DNA from: Minisyncoccia bacterium
GTDB taxonomy: Bacteria > Patescibacteriota > Minisyncoccia > Phycocordibacterales > UBA918
DNA length: 64,000 nucleotides
Direction of reading: 5' to 3'
Assembly: GCA_964229335.1 (NCBI GenBank)
Contig: CAXRCZ010000004.1
Span: forward strand, 96,001-160,000
A model generated the notes under the pieces. The model did no database searches and was not told where the DNA came from. It worked only from the letters and a program-made list of their open reading frames with translations. Made by a program: the position numbers and the translations under genes. This document shows positions 58,516 through 64,000 of this stretch, one piece after another (positions within the stretch are counted from its first letter, which is position 1; each line of letters begins with the position of its first letter).

Positions 58516-59379
58516 ATGCTGTTACCAAAGATTGAAGCATTGGGAACACACTGGCACATAGAGCTGTTTGAAGACTGCGCCGATGCAACAGTGCTTCGAG
58601 ACTCAGTTGCTGACTGGCTAGAGGAGTATGAGTCACGGTACAGTCGTTTCAGGCCTAATTCGTGGTTGTCAAAATTAAATCAAAACGGTGAGTTTCGGGA
58701 CCCCGACCTACAGTTTGCAAAGCTTCTTAATCTATCACTCGACTACTACCAAAAGACCGACGGAGTCTTTAATATAGCGGTGGGAGAAAAGTTGGTACAC
58801 GCTGGCTACGATACCAACTATTCTTTTACTGCTGATGAGCAAGAGGCCGTCGTGCCTAAATTGCCAGACATCCTTTCTGTGACTGACGATAGAATAATTC
58901 TCTCGGCAGGACAACTTGATTTGGGTGGTATTGGTAAAGGGTTTGCGATTGATGCTTTAGCAGACCACTTAAAAACCGAACATAACCTCTCATATTTTCT
59001 AATTAATGGCGGTGGTGACATGTTCGCTACGTCTGATAATGGAAAACCGGTCACTATTGCGCTTGGACATCCGTACGACAAGTCGCTTGGTATAGGCAAT
59101 CTCGAGCTTCAGGATGCTGGTTTTGCAGCCTCGTCACCTCACGTGCGAAGTTGGGTAGATGCTAAAACTGGGGCAGCTAAAAACCACCTTCTGACCGATG
59201 AGCATGTTGCCACCTATGTAACAGCCCGAACTGCTACTGAAGCGGATGTGTGGGCTACTACACTGTGTCTAAATCTGTCTATAAACAAGCCTGATGATGT
59301 GGGTGCACTGGTGATAGATCAGATGAATATCTGTCACCAAGATGAGGTATTTCAGCTCTATTCTGGGCATAAAATATAG
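58516..59379 (+). CDS. apbE: FAD:protein FMN transferase
   Basis: ALGT, SRFRPNS.LS.LN, LDLGGIGKGFAID, INGGGD, ADVWAT. Confidence 0.92.
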   Translation: MLLPKIEALGTHWHIELFEDCADATVLRDSVADWLEEYESRYSRFRPNSWLSKLNQNGEFRDPDLQFAKLLNLSLDYYQKTDGVFNIAVGEKLVHAGYDTNYSFTADEQEAVVPKLPDILSVTDDRIILSAGQLDLGGIGKGFAIDALADHLKTEHNLSYFLINGGGDMFATSDNGKPVTIALGHPYDKSLGIGNLELQDAGFAASSPHVRSWVDAKTGAAKNHLLTDEHVATYVTARTATEADVWATTLCLNLSINKPDDVGALVIDQMNICHQDEVFQLYSGHKI

Positions 59380-59385
59380 TGTATT

Positions 59386-59790
59386 ATGGAATTAACAATG
59401 AAAAAAATAGCTAGTATAGGTGTTTTTACGATTTTCATAAGTGTGCTATTTGCCAGCCTATTTGCTATGCCTGTTGGTATGGACATGGAAGGTGGAATGG
59501 GTGACTGTCCGTTTATGGAGGTCGGTCAGGTGATCTGCCCGATGGATTTTGCGGGCCATATTGAAGCCTGGAAAGCAGCATTTGCATCTGTTGTACCAAC
59601 TATTTTCACCCTCATATTGATTGCTGGGGCAGCTCTTGCATCCACTCTGCCCATACGGTTTCTTTTCACAAACAAAAGAAAACCCATACCAATTAGGTCA
59701 AATATACTGCGTACTCGTACCTACTCTTACGTATATCGTCCACTCCAGGAATTATTTTCAAACGGTATCCTACACCCCAAGGTTTTTTAA
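59386..59790 (+). CDS. Leader ORF D (2 TM, Met-rich C-x9-C loop, ...LQELFSNGILHPKVF*)
   Basis: Paralog of 37460-37852; TATAGT 5 nt before ATG. Confidence 0.8.
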   Translation: MELTMKKIASIGVFTIFISVLFASLFAMPVGMDMEGGMGDCPFMEVGQVICPMDFAGHIEAWKAAFASVVPTIFTLILIAGAALASTLPIRFLFTNKRKPIPIRSNILRTRTYSYVYRPLQELFSNGILHPKVF

Positions 59791-59837
59791 CTGCCAACAA
59801 GCAGGCTCGCCCTGCACTTATCAGTTAAGAAAAATCT

Positions 59838-60497
59838 ATGAAGATAATAGTAATGATTGGAGCGTTGCTTATTGCACCGCTTACAACACTCGCCCATGAC
59901 GGCGACCACGTTGTTACCGCGTGGTACCAAGACCCATACACGATTGGTTTGTTGGTTGTAGGACTGGCAACGCTTGGTTTGCTTGGATATGGTTTCTTTG
60001 CAAAAAAGAGATCATTTACCACTATTCCAACCATCGCCTTAGTGATGATCGCAGTTATTGGACTCACCGGACTTGGTCAAAATAGCACACCGTATGAACC
60101 ACAGCTTGCTGTCGCTGACTTTGGCGCTGGAGAAACCGTTACACTTTATAAAAGCCCTAATTGTGGCTGTTGTACCGGACATGCAAAGGCGCTAGAAGAA
60201 GCTGGCTTTAACGTGGATATAGTTGAAACAAACAATCTTGACGAGATTAAAAGTACACAGAACATTCCGTCAGATGGAGCAAGTTGTCACACCTCACTCA
60301 TTGGCGATTATGTAGTTGAGGGCCACGTTCCTTTGGAAGCAATTGAGAAGTTGCTTACTGAAAAACCTGACGTAGCTGGTATTGGACTCCCAGGTATGCC
60401 TATCGGAACGCCTGGTATGCCAGGCCGGAAAACAGCACCATATGAGGTATACCAGCTATCAGCAGACGGACAAACGTCACCATATATGACGATCTAA
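59838..60497 (+). CDS. DUF411 (CopG-like) protein with N-terminal TM extension
   Basis: AHDGDH, TMs, YKSPNCGCC, SCHT, YVVEGHVP, MPIGTPGM. Confidence 0.9.
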   Translation: MKIIVMIGALLIAPLTTLAHDGDHVVTAWYQDPYTIGLLVVGLATLGLLGYGFFAKKRSFTTIPTIALVMIAVIGLTGLGQNSTPYEPQLAVADFGAGETVTLYKSPNCGCCTGHAKALEEAGFNVDIVETNNLDEIKSTQNIPSDGASCHTSLIGDYVVEGHVPLEAIEKLLTEKPDVAGIGLPGMPIGTPGMPGRKTAPYEVYQLSADGQTSPYMTI

Positions 60498-60518
60498 TTA
60501 GTAAAACAAGTAAAGATT

Positions 60519-62321
60519 ATGAAATATATAAGTATTGCGGTACTCGCGCTCATCCTCATTGGTGGAGGAGTGTGGTACTACACAAATAACATGCATTCCA
60601 TGATGAATATGGACGGCATGATGATGGGGCAAGAAATCCCGGAAAAAGAAAATTTATCAATCCTGCATGACTCGGACGTACCAGAGGTACAGCCGATGGA
60701 AATCGTAGAATTGAATGACGGCGATACGTATGACATGACCGCTTCAATCGTTAAACAAAAGGTTGGTAATCGAGAAATCAAGCGATTGGCGTACAATAAC
60801 CAGATCCCGGGCCCGGTGTTGAAAGTAGAAAAAGGTTCAGAGATCACAGTAAACTTCACTAACAACATCGACATGGAAACTGCCTTACACGCACACGGAT
60901 TGCGCGGTGATTGGCGTATGGACGGTGCCGTGCCGATTACACCACCAGTTGAAATTGGTGAGACCTTCAGTTATCAGCTTGAGTTTAAAGATACTGGTGT
61001 CTTTTGGTACCACCCACACGTACGAGAAGACTACCAGCAAGATATGGGGCTATACGGTAATTTTGCGGTAACGGAAGACGGGTATTGGAGTGAAGTAGAC
61101 CAAGAAGCCTACCTAATCGTCGACGACATCCTCGAAGACGGTGAATACAGTAGTGAAGTAGTGACGCATACACTTATGGGTCGCTTCGGAGACAAGCTAC
61201 TCATTAATGACAGCGAAGACTACAATCTCACCGTGAAGCAAGGAGAGATTACCCGTGCCTTCATCACGAACGTAGCGAATACTCGTACTTTCAAGCTAGA
61301 GTTCGAGGGTGCACAAATGAAACTGGTTGGTGGCGATGTCGGCCGGATTGAGCAGGAAGAAATGATTGACCACCAAATTATTGGTACGTCTGAACGCTAC
61401 ATCATTGAGCTCTACTATGACACACCAGGTACGTATTCAATCGTACATCGAGGACAAGAAATGGGTACTGTGACTGTTGAGCCATCAGACACCGATCGTC
61501 TTAGTGAGTTTGAAGTGTTGCGAAACAATGCTGCTGACTATGCAGAATTCCGTAACCAAGCAGCTGCGCTCTTAGCTAAGACACCAGACAAGAATCTCCG
61601 TCTTGATATTGAGATGAAAGGCATGATGGGTGACATGATGATGCAAGAAGGCGGTATGGGCATGATGGGCGATGATGAGATGGTTAATCTCATGGGAATG
61701 GAAATGAATCGTCAGCAAGCTATCGAGCATTGTGAGATGATGCCGAACATGGCTGGTTGTGAACCGTTCTTCAATGCTGAAGAAGAATCTGGCACAATCA
61801 TGTTGATGGGTATGGAGATGACTGAAGAACAAGCGATCGAACACTGCCAGATGATGCCAAATATGGCGGGTTGTGAGCCGTATTTAGACAGTGAAGCTAC
61901 CGAGGAAGAGCCACACAGTGAAGACGGTATCGAGTGGGAAGACGATATGGCCATGATGAACCAAATGAGTACCGACGACACCATAGAATGGGTCTTAGAG
62001 GACACTGATACCGGGTTACGCAATGGCGATATTGATTGGTCATTTGAAGTGGGTGACTTAGTGAAAGTCCGCATCTATAACGATGAGAATGGTATGCATC
62101 CAATGCAACACCCAATCCACTTCCACGGACAAAAGTTTGTGGTCTTAGCTAAAGATGGTGAACTGAATAACAATCTGCAGTGGAAAGACTCAGTCTTAAT
62201 TCCAGAAGGAGCAACGTATGATCTCTTGGTTGATATGGAAACACTCGGTAAATGGATGACGCATTGTCATATTGCTGAGCACTTAGATTCTGGAATGATG
62301 TTCCAGTTTGAGGTTAATTAG
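60519..62321 (+). CDS. Multicopper oxidase (CueO/CutO-like) with Met-rich insert
   Basis: HAHG, WYHPH, HPIHFHG, HCHIAEHLDSGM. Confidence 0.93.
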   Translation: MKYISIAVLALILIGGGVWYYTNNMHSMMNMDGMMMGQEIPEKENLSILHDSDVPEVQPMEIVELNDGDTYDMTASIVKQKVGNREIKRLAYNNQIPGPVLKVEKGSEITVNFTNNIDMETALHAHGLRGDWRMDGAVPITPPVEIGETFSYQLEFKDTGVFWYHPHVREDYQQDMGLYGNFAVTEDGYWSEVDQEAYLIVDDILEDGEYSSEVVTHTLMGRFGDKLLINDSEDYNLTVKQGEITRAFITNVANTRTFKLEFEGAQMKLVGGDVGRIEQEEMIDHQIIGTSERYIIELYYDTPGTYSIVHRGQEMGTVTVEPSDTDRLSEFEVLRNNAADYAEFRNQAAALLAKTPDKNLRLDIEMKGMMGDMMMQEGGMGMMGDDEMVNLMGMEMNRQQAIEHCEMMPNMAGCEPFFNAEEESGTIMLMGMEMTEEQAIEHCQMMPNMAGCEPYLDSEATEEEPHSEDGIEWEDDMAMMNQMSTDDTIEWVLEDTDTGLRNGDIDWSFEVGDLVKVRIYNDENGMHPMQHPIHFHGQKFVVLAKDGELNNNLQWKDSVLIPEGATYDLLVDMETLGKWMTHCHIAEHLDSGMMFQFEVN

Positions 62322-62342
62322 TCTAAAGGTCAAAATTAACGC

Positions 62343-62367
62343 AAAAAGCCCTACCAGGGCTTTTTTG
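62343..62367 (+). terminator. Intrinsic terminator
   Basis: aaaaagccct-acc-agggctttttt. Confidence 0.8.
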
Positions 62368-62382
62368 TTATGCTATGTAGAC

Positions 62383-62697
62383 ATGTTGCAACCCTTGATT
62401 CATTATTCGCTTCATTTTCTGTTTCCTGGGGCTTTGGCGTTTGCATTGTTTAGGGAGCGCTGGAAGCTTGTGTGGCTAATGTTGTTCACAACGATGTTGG
62501 TTGATTTAGATCATTTGGTAGCAGATCCTATATTCGACCCCAATCGATGTAGTATTGGTTTCCACCCACTTCACTCAGAAATTGCAATTGCTTTCTATTT
62601 AGTACTGTTACTTGTGCCAAATTTCTATGTGAGAGCTATTAGTGTTGGACTACTATTTCACATGCTGACCGATTGGTTAGACTGCCTTTGGCTATAA
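62383..62697 (+). CDS. DUF6122-like membrane protein
   Basis: HYSLH, MLVDLDHL..PIFDPNRCSIGFHPLHS, HMLTD; start reassigned to 62383. Confidence 0.75.
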   Translation: MLQPLIHYSLHFLFPGALAFALFRERWKLVWLMLFTTMLVDLDHLVADPIFDPNRCSIGFHPLHSEIAIAFYLVLLLVPNFYVRAISVGLLFHMLTDWLDCLWL

Positions 62698-62728
62698 CAA
62701 AAATAGCTCCGCATGGAGCTATTTTTGT
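62697..62728. terminator. Bidirectional terminator (gene and tRNA converge)
   Basis: acaaaaatagctcc-gcat-ggagctatttttgt. Confidence 0.85.
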
Positions 62729-62751
62729 ATGCTTCTCGTGCTAGCACTAAT

Positions 62752-62826
62752 TGGTGACCCTACGGAGAATCGAACTCCGATTTCCAGGATGAGAACCTGG
62801 CGTCCTAGCCGTTAGACGATAGGGCC
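62752..62826 (-). tRNA. tRNA-Glu(CTC)
   Basis: Reverse strand GGCCCTA...ccagg-TT-CTC-AT-cctgg...GTTCGATTC...TAGGGTC-A-CCA. Confidence 0.96.
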
Positions 62827-62886
62827 TATTGGGCATAGTTATAGCAATTTTTACCCATTTTTAAAAGTTTCTATAGTTGGGTATGG

Positions 62887-63096
62887 ATGCCATTGCAAAT
62901 TTTTAGATATTTAGTAAAATCGCACGTTGAAATAACCAGGAGCTCTTTTATGAAAGGTGAGGATTTACCTACACCACCTACTTGGCTAAAGGGTTATGAA
63001 GCGCCGGATCCGTCCAAACCATGGACAATGGGTCTAGCTTATGCTGAGATAACCGAAGAAAATCGTTACTTACGTGAGCAGCGAAGAGGACAATAA
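62887..63096 (+). CDS. Small hypothetical protein (start uncertain, possibly 62950)
   Basis: ORF followed by a terminator. Confidence 0.35.
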   Translation: MPLQIFRYLVKSHVEITRSSFMKGEDLPTPPTWLKGYEAPDPSKPWTMGLAYAEITEENRYLREQRRGQ

Positions 63097-63109
63097 CTTC
63101 TCACGAGCA

Positions 63110-63146
63110 TAGAAAAGCCGCGGCCTGCTTAGGTCGCGGTTTTCTA
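63110..63146. terminator. Bidirectional terminator
   Basis: tagaaaagccgcggcct-gctt-aggtcgcggttttcta. Confidence 0.8.
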
Positions 63147-64000
63147 ATTAGTGGTTCGTATATTGTGCTTGATATCAAACCGAGGATTGACTTTTTTTCC
63201 AGGGTTAAAGATATCGTGAGGGTCAAAGATATGCTCTACGTCTTCAAATAGGCCGAGCATCTTTTTAGTAAACATTTTATTGAGATACGGAGTTCTGATG
63301 ATACCGTCATTGTGTTCACCACAGATATCACCGTCGTATTTGATGGCGGTATCATAAAAGGCATCAGCCATTTTTTCGATTAGTTTACCAGTTGTCTTAT
63401 TAGTGAAATCTAAAAGGGGATAGAAGTGAAAATGTCCATTACCACCATGACCATGAACAGCTGCAGTAACATTAAATTCTTTAAACAATCGTTTGATTTG
63501 TGTAAAGAACTTGGACAGATTTTCTGGTGGTACGGTCATGTCTTCTAAAAACGCTGCGGGACGCTTGGTAGTATCTTGGAATTTAGACAAGGTATAGCTG
63601 GCTCGTCTGATTTGCCAAAACATTTCAGCTTCAAACGGATTATTAACCACTCGCGCTTTTATACCTTTACTACTAATTCTCCTGACTATAGTGCTAGGCG
63701 AATGTTGCTTGGTTGTTTCTTCGTCGAGGGTAACTAAAACAACAAATTCTGGTGTCTTGCCACCATAGCGAACGTGATAGGTGGTATACATCGCTAGCAT
63801 GGCGCGTAGATAGGTGAGACCGGATAACCGCTGTTTAAAAAATTCAGGATTTTTCAGAGCCAACTGGTAGGTCAACGCATCAAAGATTTCTATATTCAAC
63901 GGGTTGTACTTCAGCGTCTTTACTATCGTGTCAGCCGCAGTAGTAAGGTCAAAAATCGGGATAGCGAGGAGGGTGTTTTTCTTTTGTATCGGCAGTGCCC
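63144..64000 (-). CDS. FAD-linked oxidase, GlcD/D-lactate dehydrogenase-like (3' part; starts beyond window)
   Basis: EDMTVPP, GHGGNGHFH, GEHNDGIIR, FDP..IFNPGK; frame open to the window edge. Confidence 0.88.
   Translation of the reverse strand, partial: ALPIQKKNTLLAIPIFDLTTAADTIVKTLKYNPLNIEIFDALTYQLALKNPEFFKQRLSGLTYLRAMLAMYTTYHVRYGGKTPEFVVLVTLDEETTKQHSPSTIVRRISSKGIKARVVNNPFEAEMFWQIRRASYTLSKFQDTTKRPAAFLEDMTVPPENLSKFFTQIKRLFKEFNVTAAVHGHGGNGHFHFYPLLDFTNKTTGKLIEKMADAFYDTAIKYDGDICGEHNDGIIRTPYLNKMFTKKMLGLFEDVEHIFDPHDIFNPGKKVNPRFDIKHNIRTTN

Noticed and set aside
62747-62760. attL/attR duplication of the tRNA-Glu 3' end
   Set aside because: Best match found by eye is 9 bp (ctaattggt near 35776), which is not significant

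Overview
Bacterial chromosomal window. Its gene content (class I LysRS, degenerate PriA, lone VirD4-like ATPase, two MreB paralogs, start codons just after -10 boxes) suggests a small-genome Patescibacteria/CPR, Parcubacteria-like organism (inference). Positions ~1-32.9 kb are mostly housekeeping: mutM, tRNA-Asn, rplY, csp, hpf, fmt/def, priA, murA, mreB, frr, rseP, proS, mreBC(D)-pbp2, greA, lysS and mraZ-rsmH-ftsL-ftsI-murF. Positions ~33-62.7 kb form an accessory island ending at the 3' end of tRNA-Glu. It holds a large serine recombinase, a ParB-methylase, a c4-like antisense RNA and a dense set of Cu/Zn/redox genes: ZIP, CDF, two P1B ATPases, three DUF305, two DUF411, DsbA, a cupredoxin, a multicopper oxidase and an ApbE/FMN electron-transfer module. 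I found no recognisable metalloregulatory transcription factor. Top finding: four of the metal operons each begin with a related ~130-aa two-TM leader ORF with a Cys/Met/His loop and a conserved C-terminal L-(F/R)-x-x-G-(I/L)-(L/I)-H-(P/S)-K motif. Each stop codon lies in or beside an RNA hairpin (two intrinsic terminators, two hairpins reaching the next gene's start region). This looks like a candidate family of metal-sensing ribosome-arrest leader peptides. All product calls come from motif recognition by eye; no database searches were run.
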